Source of the DNA: Promethearchaeota archaeon
Lineage (GTDB): Archaea; Asgardarchaeota; Lokiarchaeia; Sigyniarchaeales; SOKP01
Direction of reading: 5' to 3'
DNA: 58,974 nucleotides
Assembly (NCBI GenBank): GCA_048938445.1
Contig: JBHLME010000009.1
Span: 1-58,974 of the forward strand
Positions 40,585 through 50,082 of this stretch are shown piece by piece. The notes beneath the pieces are model-generated. The model was not told where the DNA came from and made no database searches. It saw only the letters and a list, made by a program, of their open reading frames with translations. The position numbers and the translations under genes are program-made. Each line of letters begins with the position of its first letter. Within the stretch, counting starts at the first letter, position 1.

Positions 40585-41724
40585 TTATTCTTCATTATAT
40601 CCAACTAAAATTTCAGTGAAAATGTTAGCAATTTCGACGAATATTGGGATTTCAACACGAACCATATTTCCTAATATCCATTTATTCACGTCCTTCAATA
40701 AAAACCGAATTTGATTCATAATACTAGATTCTTTTTCACTGGTGATTATTTTTGAAAACCATAATCCCCCACCAACTCTATAAGCGATAATTTTTATCAA
40801 GGGTTCAAAGAGTGATTCTAAAACTTGTTTTATCATCCATGATTTTGGAATCACGCTCATATTTTGTTCATCATAGGAAGGATCTTTTAAAATAGGATTA
40901 GTTTCATCCACGGATACTTTTGGCATGAAGCTCAATAACAATATCAAAGCAAAAATCGCTGAAATCCCATTAATAGTATATGATCCTCCAATTTTATCAA
41001 GATCATCCCTATTTACTGCCAAATTTGCTAAAAACATGCAAATGAACACGTTTCTATCAAAGGCTTCTGAAACATATGCATGTCCAAGTTTTTCATCTAT
41101 GATTACATATTTTTCTTCTAATATAGCTAATATTTCTAAAGGAAATGTATAAAATGTATAAACCTTTCTTTCACTTCTTCTAATATCTTTCTCAACAACG
41201 AGTTCTTTAGACACCAAACCAAATAATTGTACTAGTTCATTTAATTGTTTTTTTACATAGCTTCGAGGTTTGTTAGGATCACCAAACATTGCGAAAAATT
41301 GATGGTCGACTATATGAAAATCGTTTCTCTTACTAAAAGCTTCAACCATCCTATCAATGATAGGTCCTTGAGAGTATGAAGCAATTGCTTTTGCTTTTGA
41401 GGTAACAAAACCATTTAACAATTCATTTATGATAAAATCTTGTTCATGCGTTCTAGATTTGAGGATTTTTGTAAAAGCTTCAGTGAAATCTTTAGTTACT
41501 GGAAAAAATGAATTCTGGATCTTGTCATCAATAGCTTTAATAAAGATTTCTCCATCATTCTTAGGAAAGTGAATTTTCATATTATTTAGCCTGTTTAAAA
41601 GTGCTTCTCTTGCTCCAGGAATGTTTTCCACATCTCTTTTTTCTAAATGCTTTATAGCACTATCAACTCCCGCTTCAAATTCTCGTAAGAGTGCTTTCCA
41701 AGTGATATTCATACTTTCTTCCAT
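40585..41724 (-). CDS. hypothetical protein
   Basis: 379 aa ORF within a tight operon. Confidence 0.7.
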   Translation of the reverse strand: MEESMNITWKALLREFEAGVDSAIKHLEKRDVENIPGAREALLNRLNNMKIHFPKNDGEIFIKAIDDKIQNSFFPVTKDFTEAFTKILKSRTHEQDFIINELLNGFVTSKAKAIASYSQGPIIDRMVEAFSKRNDFHIVDHQFFAMFGDPNKPRSYVKKQLNELVQLFGLVSKELVVEKDIRRSERKVYTFYTFPLEILAILEEKYVIIDEKLGHAYVSEAFDRNVFICMFLANLAVNRDDLDKIGGSYTINGISAIFALILLLSFMPKVSVDETNPILKDPSYDEQNMSVIPKSWMIKQVLESLFEPLIKIIAYRVGGGLWFSKIITSEKESSIMNQIRFLLKDVNKWILGNMVRVEIPIFVEIANIFTEILVGYNEE

Positions 41725-41740
41725 GGTTCAATACTCTTTT

Positions 41741-42721
41741 CTATTTATCCTTAATATCCCAGTTTAATTCTTTTGATATTTTTTTAAGTGCGACAATCAA
41801 CGGCTTGAGTTCTTTTTTATCATAAATGTTTGGTGAAGATACTCCTTTTTGAAGTTTCCATCCTAATTGCGTTCCTGCACCCATATCTCTTTGTCCATAT
41901 TTCATCAAATTCTTTAAATCTCTTGTCCACCAATAGAACCTAAGCCACTTTTTATTTGGATTATCTTTTGAATAAATCACGACTAATGCTTTCCACTCTC
42001 CCATTAGCCATTTGATTGTTATACCACTAACAGGTAAATAAAAATTGATTGGAAAATTTCCTTGAAAATTTAAATCTAATTCTCTTGAATCTATGTCAAA
42101 AATTGGCTGTCCATATCCTTCCATAATAACAATCTCTCCACAATGGGGGCATTCATAATGAAATTTTTCTTTATCCATTTTTTTTTGACAATTAGGACAA
42201 GTTCGATTTTCTAAAATTCGATATTTTATAATATCAATTTGTTTTTCTTTTAATTTTTGATCTTCTGATTTTGGTTCATCACGTCCATATTTCCCATGCC
42301 ATCCCCAATATTCATCAAAATCATCATCTATTTTTTGTAAAGCAATGATTAAGTTATTTAGTACATCTTTTTCATGAATTTTGATCATTCCCCCATGTCC
42401 ATAAAAAGATTTCGTCCACCAAGATAATCTTACATATTTTTCACTTTTTAAATATGCATTATGGCATATTAATGCTGCAAACCATCTTGTTGGGGTTTTA
42501 CTAATCGTGATTCCTTTTTCAGCAATTTCATATTGTTTATTTAATCCACCTGCATTATTATGAAAAAATTCCCCTTTGAGAAAATCTCCTTCTTCAATCT
42601 TTTTATTAACTTGTGCTTCCGCTTTTTCATCTTTTCCCTTAATAATCTTCTTACACTGAGGGCATTGAAAGATTCCCTCCACTAGGGGTTCCATATCAAC
42701 ATTACAAGCAGGACACTTCAT
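41741..42721 (-). CDS. duplicated Zn-ribbon + PC4/Pur-like domain protein
   Basis: CPAC/CPQC and CPNC/CPHC ribbons; repeats KYVRLSWW...IHEKDVLNNLIIALQKI and KWLRFYWW...IYDKKELKPLIVALKKI. Confidence 0.6.
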   Translation of the reverse strand: MKCPACNVDMEPLVEGIFQCPQCKKIIKGKDEKAEAQVNKKIEEGDFLKGEFFHNNAGGLNKQYEIAEKGITISKTPTRWFAALICHNAYLKSEKYVRLSWWTKSFYGHGGMIKIHEKDVLNNLIIALQKIDDDFDEYWGWHGKYGRDEPKSEDQKLKEKQIDIIKYRILENRTCPNCQKKMDKEKFHYECPHCGEIVIMEGYGQPIFDIDSRELDLNFQGNFPINFYLPVSGITIKWLMGEWKALVVIYSKDNPNKKWLRFYWWTRDLKNLMKYGQRDMGAGTQLGWKLQKGVSSPNIYDKKELKPLIVALKKISKELNWDIKDK

Positions 42722-42723
42722 TT

Positions 42724-43821
42724 TTAACTTGTTAAAACAAACCTCTCAAAATCTAAATTCATTAACTTCACTTGTTTCTTTGTCAATTCAGAAATTTCAT
42801 CATTAGTTTCTATTATTTTTTTCCTTAAAGTTATTAGCGAATCTTGAATCTCATTAACAATATTATCTTCATTATAAGAGACTTTTTCAATGAATTTCAA
42901 ATAGCTATATTTTTTATTCTTACCTGAATAATAACTTTTTATATCTAATAATTTTTTCTCAATTTTTTCCATTTGGGAACGATAAGTTAGTAATTTTAAT
43001 AACAGGGCATTCCAATCTTTAAAAATTTGAGCATTTTTATCAATATCTTTCCAATCAAATTTATCTGACAATTTTATTTTTTCTTCCTTAAGGAACTTAA
43101 AGATATCCTTATTTTCTTTCAAAGCAACATTAATTTTTTTAATTGTTGTTTTAGCATTTAGTCCTGAATCAAAAACAGAGATAAAATCTGTCAGTTTAGT
43201 TGATATCTCCTCAAAACGTTTATAAAATCCTTCTATCGTTATTTCCATTTTAATTGCTTGATATATGTTTCCATATTGCTCCAAAATATAAAATAGGTCA
43301 TCAGTTAAGGTATAATCATTTTCTCCAATTTGAAGAATGAATGGATGAATCATGCTACTTTTTTCACATAAGACACTTTTTAATCTTGTTAAAGCAGAGT
43401 TGAAGTTTCTTCTCGTGAAAAATTTAAATTTTTTAGTAATCATATTAAATAAAGTATCATCAGGAATCAAAATTACATTATTTTCAATTGTAACTGTTTC
43501 TTCACCAAGCTTTATAATAAAATCATTTTCTTTATTTTCAAACTCTTTTATACTTCTAATGTTTTTAAAAAGCCCTAAATCTATAGCAATTTCAATAAAT
43601 TCTTTAGGCCAAAACATAGTAATGTTTTCCTTATAAATATCATCAAGGACTAACACTTTTTCATAGGAGTCTATTATAGTTTTATCGTTTAAATCTTGAA
43701 GAAAATCGTTTCGAATTATATACAAGAATAAAATTATATACCTATTATCGACGTTATCTAAAATTTTATTTATTAATGTTTTATCATAGTCTAGATCTAA
43801 TTTTTCATGTTCCATTCCCAA
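42724..43821 (-). CDS. wHTH + coiled-coil protein, first gene of operon
   Basis: TRRNFNSALTRL...PFILQIGENDYTLTD wHTH-like segment followed by long helices. Confidence 0.6.
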   Translation of the reverse strand: MGMEHEKLDLDYDKTLINKILDNVDNRYIILFLYIIRNDFLQDLNDKTIIDSYEKVLVLDDIYKENITMFWPKEFIEIAIDLGLFKNIRSIKEFENKENDFIIKLGEETVTIENNVILIPDDTLFNMITKKFKFFTRRNFNSALTRLKSVLCEKSSMIHPFILQIGENDYTLTDDLFYILEQYGNIYQAIKMEITIEGFYKRFEEISTKLTDFISVFDSGLNAKTTIKKINVALKENKDIFKFLKEEKIKLSDKFDWKDIDKNAQIFKDWNALLLKLLTYRSQMEKIEKKLLDIKSYYSGKNKKYSYLKFIEKVSYNEDNIVNEIQDSLITLRKKIIETNDEISELTKKQVKLMNLDFERFVLTS

Positions 43822-43920
43822 AATCCACTCACTAGCTATTAATACTCTATTTTATTCCGCTAAAAAAAGATATTTTAATATAATAAACCATTGCTAAAAA
43901 ATTTTACGATTTTGAAGCGA

Positions 43921-43950
43921 GAAATCAAAAAATTTTTTAGTTTTGATTTC
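43921..43950. promoter_or_regulatory. 10-bp inverted repeat in the divergent operon/elf1 promoter region
   Basis: GAAATCAAAA-N10-TTTTGATTTC. Confidence 0.4.
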
Positions 43951-44034
43951 CAATAATAAACTGAGAAATTATTTTTCTTATATAATTTTGATTTTTTATC
44001 TTTTTAAATGAAAATTTATCAATAGGTAATATTC

Positions 44035-44619
44035 ATGGGAAGAAGAAAAAGAAAACAACAAACATATAAAAGAGTCAAGAGAGTACCTAAGATCTTTACT
44101 TGTCCAGAGTGTGGTGAAAAGTCCGTTAAGGTCAAGGATATAAGAAAAGGACCCATTGCCACTGTCAAGTGTGGATATTGTGGATTGGAAAAAGAAGTAT
44201 TAGTAAATTCAATATCAGAACCCGTTGATGCCTTTGGAGATTTTATTGATATATATTACGCAGACCAAGAGCTCACAAGACTTGAAAAAAGAATTGTAAA
44301 ATTAAAGGAAGAAAATGAACTTGGAGAATTAGCTCTGTGTTATTCAATTCTGTCAGATATATGTAAGGCAAAAGCAGCTCAACTTATGGAAGATGAGGAT
44401 AATGTAAATATGGAGCAAGTAAATGCTTGGAAAGAAAAAGCGGAAAAATATAAAAGACTTGAAAAAGATACTATTCAAAGATTAGATGCCGAAGAGCTCG
44501 AACGAGGAATTAAAACAGATGATGAGACATTATTCGCAGAGCATGAAGAAACTGGAGGCATAAAGAAAGAGAAGAAGATTAAAGATGTCTTTAATGATCC
44601 AGGATTTCTTGAATTTTAA
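44035..44619 (+). CDS. elf1: transcription elongation factor Elf1 with helical C-terminal extension
   Basis: MGRRKRK...PKIFTCPECG...VKCGYCGL...EPVDAF..FID. Confidence 0.88.
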   Translation: MGRRKRKQQTYKRVKRVPKIFTCPECGEKSVKVKDIRKGPIATVKCGYCGLEKEVLVNSISEPVDAFGDFIDIYYADQELTRLEKRIVKLKEENELGELALCYSILSDICKAKAAQLMEDEDNVNMEQVNAWKEKAEKYKRLEKDTIQRLDAEELERGIKTDDETLFAEHEETGGIKKEKKIKDVFNDPGFLEF

Positions 44620-44723
44620 AAAGATAAATTTCAGGATCTAATTCTAAATATTAGATTTAATTGAATTACTCATTTAAAAAACTGTACTAAATCAATTTTA
44701 AAAAAATTTGCTATAAAAAAATA

Positions 44724-45191
44724 TTAGCGTTTTCTTTTTGCAAATAATTGCTTGAGTTCACCCATTATTGCCCCTCTTAAAGAAACAGGATTGGCAGGAC
44801 GGGCTGGAGCCGGATTTGGTCCTCCAGGTGGTGGAGGTGGTCCTCCAGGTGGTCCTCCAGGGGGAGGCGGCGGTCCTCCAGGTGGTCCTCCAGGCGGTCC
44901 TCCAGGTGGTCCTCCGGGTGGTCCTCCAAGGGGAGGGACACCAGAAGATGCCATAGCAGGTCCAGAAACACCACCTGATTTTAGAGCATTAAGATCTCCA
45001 TTCAATGCATTAATACGTGATTCGAGAGATGAAATTTGTTGAGTAATAGTACTTAAAGAATTATCGACTAAATCCGGTATCCTTAATACGATACTCATAA
45101 TCTTTTCGATAATAGATCCAAACGCATTAACCTTCTCGTCAAGAGGACTTTTCTTAGCAGATTCCAAAAAGAGATTAAATTCTTCAGCCAT
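44724..45191 (-). CDS. coiled-coil + Gly/Pro-rich + C-terminal WH2/VASP-like helix protein
   Basis: ATG 45191 (MAEEF); heptads ITQQISSLESRINAL; (GPPG)n and PPPPP tracts; SLRGAIMGELKQLFAKRKR. Confidence 0.75.
   Translation of the reverse strand: MAEEFNLFLESAKKSPLDEKVNAFGSIIEKIMSIVLRIPDLVDNSLSTITQQISSLESRINALNGDLNALKSGGVSGPAMASSGVPPLGGPPGGPPGGPPGGPPGGPPPPPGGPPGGPPPPPGGPNPAPARPANPVSLRGAIMGELKQLFAKRKR
44818..44928. repeat. intragenic 12-bp tandem repeat (GGTGGTCCTCCA variants) encoding GGPP
   Basis: eight GGTCCTCCA/G cores with synonymous variation. Confidence 0.85.
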
Positions 45192-45515
45192 AAGAAACAA
45201 TCTACAATTCTATTTATTATTCATTAATTTAGGTAAATAAAAAAATTATTCTATTTAATATATGATCTATTAATTAATAAATTTAAGTCGAAAGTAATAA
45301 TGTTCGTGTTATGGAAATTAATGAAGATTAGACTACCTTTTTAAGAGTTCTCTAACTTCAATTAGCGTTTATTTCAAGGTATTAAAAAAAAATATAAAGA
45401 ATTGGTCTATTTAATTTGATTTTAAATTTCTGAGTCTATCAATAAAAGAATTGATAAATATTACTCATATAAATGGTTTGTATGGTTCTATTAAAATAAA
45501 TTACTATAGATAAAA

Positions 45516-46133
45516 TTAACTAAATTCTGATATTTGTATTTTTGTCCATAGCTTATTAAGTTCATCCCTGACTTCTAAAAATTGGCCTACATGTTTTAGA
45601 AATACATCTCTAGCTCGATCAAAATCTCTTTGAATATCATTTAATTCTTGGTCAAGTAAATTCAATTTATCTCCTTCAATTAACTTGTTTTTAGCCTTTT
45701 CTACGCGTAATGCCTTTTTTATAACACCAGATCTCCTACTGGCAACATCATCTAATTTTTCGGCAAATTCTTTCTTTTTTTCGATGAAATATTCTTTTTT
45801 AATAATGACGTCTTTATGGGCTTCTAAATACTTTTCTAACGCTTCAATATAACCTGTATTTTTATGGACTAAATCATCGAAAATATTTACTTCTTCTTCT
45901 TTGATGTTTGACCTTTTTTCTCTTGCAAGAGTTTGCATTTGTTTGAGAACATCCCTCATAGAACGATTCACGGCTTTTCTTGTGATAATCACTTTAGAGA
46001 CATCATCAATATATTTTTTTTGCGATGAAATTAAAGATTTTTGATCACTTGCTAGCTTATTAAGCTTAGAAACTAATTCTTTTTCCATTTTTGCTAACTC
46101 TAGCTCATCTTCATGTGTTATTATCGGGCTCAT
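45516..46133 (-). CDS. all-helical coiled-coil protein
   Basis: 205 aa, almost no Pro/Gly, three long amphipathic helices. Confidence 0.7.
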   Translation of the reverse strand: MSPIITHEDELELAKMEKELVSKLNKLASDQKSLISSQKKYIDDVSKVIITRKAVNRSMRDVLKQMQTLAREKRSNIKEEEVNIFDDLVHKNTGYIEALEKYLEAHKDVIIKKEYFIEKKKEFAEKLDDVASRRSGVIKKALRVEKAKNKLIEGDKLNLLDQELNDIQRDFDRARDVFLKHVGQFLEVRDELNKLWTKIQISEFS

Positions 46134-46236
46134 GTTAATAATCCTTTATTATTAATTTTTAATTTTTTTTTATTCATTATGATTTTGTATTACTTCAACA
46201 CAACATTTCCTTTTAAATTTTTTTTATATTCAAGAT

Positions 46237-47280
46237 TCATTTGGGATAATGAGCCGTGATGATATTATCTTTATAATTTGCTTTTAAAATTCTTACTGTT
46301 AATTCTTTTCCAATTAAATTATCTGAAAAAGTAAGTGGTTTTTTTAAGAGCACTTTAATTCCTTGATTTTCATCTAATTTTCCTATACATTCATTTTTCC
46401 AGCGTCCCTTTGAAACGACACTTATTTTTATTAAATCCCCTTTTTTAAATCTTGTACTAAAAACTGCTTTTCTTTTATGTATTCCAAAATCATTAGGTCC
46501 CATTTTTAATTTTATTTGATATTTAGTTTCGAGACTTGATAATTGCTTATAAAAATATCCCCATGACTTTGGACGTATTTTTTTTAATTTTCGACCTGTA
46601 TTGTATATCAGGTATTTTTGAATACCTAGCATTATGTTCTTTTCTGAATATCCCTCATTCCTCTTTTTTATCGTGAAATTAATTATATCTTCAATATCTT
46701 TATCATTTTGTCCAGGAAACCAGACTGGTGCGAGTAAGACATCAATGTTCGAATCTAAAAGTAAATTGATATTTTGGATTAATGTTTCCATATTATAATT
46801 AGTTATATTGCATAAATAATTAGCCATATCTCTATTTAAAGTGTTTAGACTTATGTTAATTCTCGTGAGGTTTACCTGTTCCAACTTTTTTATGATTTCA
46901 GTATTTAATAACAAACCATTTGATTGCATTGAAATTATTTTTACTCCAGAAAGCGTCCAAAGAGATTGAATTAACTCAAAAATTTCATTATATAATAAAA
47001 TCTCCCCATAAGGAGCTAGATGGATTTCAAGGTCATAATTTCCCTTTATTTCAATGACCTCCTTTATTTTTTCAATTAAATATCTTAATTCTAAGATGAA
47101 ATTAGTTTCATAATTTCCAGAGTTTACAAAACAATATTTACATTTCAAATTGCATAAAGTTATAGGTTTGATTTCTATAATATTTGTTCCGCGGTCAATA
47201 ATTCCAATAAAATCAACTCCAAATAGGGGAATCCCTGAAGTTTTATCAACCTTGATAACGTTTGATGCCATAGTGATCAT
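46237..47280 (-). CDS. radical SAM protein with C-terminal TRAM/OB-like domain
   Basis: IPLFG..FIGIIDRGTN.IE, CNLKCKYC, SMQSNG. Confidence 0.85.
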   Translation of the reverse strand: MITMASNVIKVDKTSGIPLFGVDFIGIIDRGTNIIEIKPITLCNLKCKYCFVNSGNYETNFILELRYLIEKIKEVIEIKGNYDLEIHLAPYGEILLYNEIFELIQSLWTLSGVKIISMQSNGLLLNTEIIKKLEQVNLTRINISLNTLNRDMANYLCNITNYNMETLIQNINLLLDSNIDVLLAPVWFPGQNDKDIEDIINFTIKKRNEGYSEKNIMLGIQKYLIYNTGRKLKKIRPKSWGYFYKQLSSLETKYQIKLKMGPNDFGIHKRKAVFSTRFKKGDLIKISVVSKGRWKNECIGKLDENQGIKVLLKKPLTFSDNLIGKELTVRILKANYKDNIITAHYPK

Positions 47281-48354
47281 TCATTCTATATATCGTAAAA
47301 TAGCAACTAAGGAACCCAAATCAACAATTTGTTTTCCTGTAGGTTGCTCGCTATTTAAAATATAAATTTTTCCCCCTGCATATTCTACATTATTAATTAA
47401 TTTTTCAATTTTCAGTTTATGTTCTTTTGAGGTACCCCTTATTAAAGTATCTGCTATGAATAGATCTTTAATTGATCCTTTTTCAGCAACCTCATTAATT
47501 TCCTTGAAACCAATCTTAATCATTTCATCATGAGTACTTAATAACTTAAAAATTTCTTGAATTTTCTCTGTTTCTTGAAAAATTTTTACTTTTTCTTTTA
47601 AATCAACTAATTCCTTTGATTTTAAAGATTCTAATATAGCACTCTCAGTGCCGGAACTCGCATGAATGCTTTTTATTTTAGGAAGATAACTTGATGCTCC
47701 TTTTTCTTTAAGATATTTTATAAATAGATCTCTCGTATTTCCTGGTCCGCATATTATTATGAGATTAATCTCAATATTTTTAAGATTTTCTTCAAGAATT
47801 CTACGAATGTCGGAAAAGAAATCCTCTAATGCTTTATTCCTATGGGTTTGCTCATATCTTTTTCCCGGGATGTTTTTTTTAATTGTAGAAATACGTTTAT
47901 GACTAAAATTTGTTATTTGGGAGATGGTTGCCAGACCTGTTTCTATAGCAATTATGATCATTATAAAGTTAGATTTAAATTTTGAAGATTTTTTTAATCT
48001 ATTTAATTCATTTTTTAACCATATTTCTTTTTTAATGGTTAATTTTTGGCCCGGTTCAACATTAAATGTATGATACGTTCCATAACTGACTAATTCGTCT
48101 GGACCTTCTATAATAGTACCTTTAACTCTTAATCTGTTTGAAAATTCATGAAATGCAATATCCTCAACTTTTAAAGTAAGAACCATCGGTTTTCGGGTGC
48201 CTTGGGTGCCTTCTTTTATAACTACTCTTCTAGTTGTTCTAGCAGTTGCTATGTCGCCTTTTGAAAGCACGTTATATAAGGTCCATAGGTCATTAAGATC
48301 CTCTACTCTTAGTGTAATTTCTCCTTTTTTTTGATCATTTTCTAAAATTTTCAC
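47281..48354 (-). CDS. pelA: mRNA surveillance protein pelota
   Basis: EDLNDLWTLYN, T.RRV, RLRVKG.I, GTYHT, GPG..R, LGSLVAILRY. Confidence 0.95.
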   Translation of the reverse strand: MKILENDQKKGEITLRVEDLNDLWTLYNVLSKGDIATARTTRRVVIKEGTQGTRKPMVLTLKVEDIAFHEFSNRLRVKGTIIEGPDELVSYGTYHTFNVEPGQKLTIKKEIWLKNELNRLKKSSKFKSNFIMIIIAIETGLATISQITNFSHKRISTIKKNIPGKRYEQTHRNKALEDFFSDIRRILEENLKNIEINLIIICGPGNTRDLFIKYLKEKGASSYLPKIKSIHASSGTESAILESLKSKELVDLKEKVKIFQETEKIQEIFKLLSTHDEMIKIGFKEINEVAEKGSIKDLFIADTLIRGTSKEHKLKIEKLINNVEYAGGKIYILNSEQPTGKQIVDLGSLVAILRYIE

Positions 48355-48493
48355 AGAATAATCTTATCCCATTGCTTTTTTTTTGATTATTATAACATTA
48401 CACATATTATAAAAAATAAGAATATTAGAAAAATTAAATTAAAAAAAGAAAAAATTTTGAAAAAAATTAATTTACTTTAATACCTATTTTGAG

Positions 48494-48646
48494 TTATTTA
48501 TCTCCTAAAGCTTCGCGAACTTTTTCGAGTTCTTGCCTACGCTTCTCTTTTTCTTCTTCTCTCCTCTTTAACTCCGCCTCATCGACCTTATCTAGAGATA
48601 CTCCCTTCTTAATTTCTTCAGCTAATTCTTTATCTACTGGAGCCAT
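48494..48646 (-). CDS. 50-aa microprotein with WH2/beta-thymosin-like motif (absent from ORF track)
   Basis: SD-like AGGTGTTGA before ATG; MAPVDKELAEEIKKGVSLDKVDEAELKRREEEKEKRRQELEKVREALGDK; coding-like composition inside AT-rich flanks. Confidence 0.75.
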   Translation of the reverse strand: MAPVDKELAEEIKKGVSLDKVDEAELKRREEEKEKRRQELEKVREALGDK

Positions 48647-48912
48647 ATATTCAACACCTTTTAATTTTAATTATTAGATAGCTATCATATAATTTTGTTT
48701 GAAAAAATAATAAAACATTTTTTATATAAATTTTCGCGATCACGAATTTTTTTGAAAACCATTAAAAGTTAGATTTTTATCCATTTAAGGAGGAAAATTC
48801 TTATTAGAACCTTCGCTATTTAAAATAGACAAATATTATATTTTAATTATTTAATAGATATTTTTATCGGTAAGAGATTCTTTTTGAAAAAATTTTTTTG
48901 TACTAATTTAAT

Positions 48913-50082
48913 TTATTCCAAGTCCTCTATAATAAATTTTCGATTATCATCTAATTCTTTCATAAATACTTTAATTGGCGTTGATTCTGTTATTTGGAAA
49001 TAACTTTCATCTCTAAAAGGTATTATTTCCACTATCCTGCAATCCATATTAAACCTATCTAATAAAGATATGAATTTTTCATTTAACGTGATATTTATGG
49101 GTAATAAAAGCTTGTTGTTTTTTATGGGCATATGATCAGGAGGTAAATTATATTTTTTTACCAAAATGTCTTGTAAGATGATTATATTTTCACTCCTCCC
49201 CTCGATTTCTGCATAAATTAGTAAGCCTTCTTTAGTAACCTTTTCATAGGGGAGTTTGATGGCTTTTGCACGTCTATAATATCTATTTTTAAGTTGATGG
49301 TAATCTTTAGCTATAATTGAACAGAAATGAATCTTAACCAAAACTCTCGATCTAATTTTTTTTATCATATCAATTGCAGTCATAAAACTATTTTCAACTG
49401 AAGCTATCGTTCCTTCTTTTAATTTAAAACCTTTATCCTTTAAATGTTGGCTATTGGGAAAACAATATTCAAATTCATTTAAATTTATGAATTCTGCTCC
49501 TATATTATCCAAATAAACAATGAAATCTTCCAGTTCTTTTATAGAATGAGATTCAGGAATGACAGGAACTTCAGCACCTACTGAAATCCCTTTATTTAAT
49601 GCATATTGAATGTTTGACCATTTATTTTTAGGAGGATTGAATCGAATTTCATCTAGACCTGCTTTTGAAAGTTTTTTGGCTATTTTATCATCAAAATTAA
49701 TCCCATTAGTATAGAGATGAACGTGAAAACTCTTACCTTTTTTCATTTTCACGTATTTTATATAGTCTAATGTCTTGTCTAAATTTGAATTGTAAAGGGG
49801 TTCACCACCAGTAATGCTCATTCCCTTAGCATCAATTTTATTGATTTCTTCAAGTAATTCTTCCTTATTACTTATTTTTATTTCGTTAGCATAAGTAGAA
49901 TCTTTACCCTTACGTTCTTCAGAAATTGGGCAATACCAAGAGCAATGCCCCGGAATTTGACAAATTCCGTTTAGAAAGAGTACTACTTTAGCTCCTTTTA
50001 AACATAATTCACAACCTTTGGGCATTCCCCTACCTTTTATATAAAATGTTCCTTCTTTTGACTCAATAATTTTCTTTTTCAT
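48913..50082 (-). CDS. radical SAM protein (COG2108-like)
   Basis: PKGCELCLKGAKVVLF.NG.C....CSWYCP, SITGGEP, HVHLYT, GLDEIRF. Confidence 0.85.
   Translation of the reverse strand: MKKKIIESKEGTFYIKGRGMPKGCELCLKGAKVVLFLNGICQIPGHCSWYCPISEERKGKDSTYANEIKISNKEELLEEINKIDAKGMSITGGEPLYNSNLDKTLDYIKYVKMKKGKSFHVHLYTNGINFDDKIAKKLSKAGLDEIRFNPPKNKWSNIQYALNKGISVGAEVPVIPESHSIKELEDFIVYLDNIGAEFINLNEFEYCFPNSQHLKDKGFKLKEGTIASVENSFMTAIDMIKKIRSRVLVKIHFCSIIAKDYHQLKNRYYRRAKAIKLPYEKVTKEGLLIYAEIEGRSENIIILQDILVKKYNLPPDHMPIKNNKLLLPINITLNEKFISLLDRFNMDCRIVEIIPFRDESYFQITESTPIKVFMKELDDNRKFIIEDLE

Noticed and set aside
34993-43821. Calling the operon canonical Wadjet/MksBEFG or a provirus
   Set aside because: No toprim nuclease, no intact SMC Walker A/B, and no integrase, capsid or att repeats recognised
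44818-44928. Possible CRISPR-like repeat
   Set aside because: 12-bp in-frame coding repeats with no spacers and no cas genes
44752-45042. Overlapping ORFs (96, 62 and 65 aa) in the Gly/Pro repeat
   Set aside because: By-products of a stop-free GC-rich repeat whose reverse complement also encodes GGPP
48489-48677. 62-aa + strand ORF in the track
   Set aside because: Ser/Phe-rich antisense shadow of the minus-strand 50-aa gene, which has an SD-like site and a sensible protein
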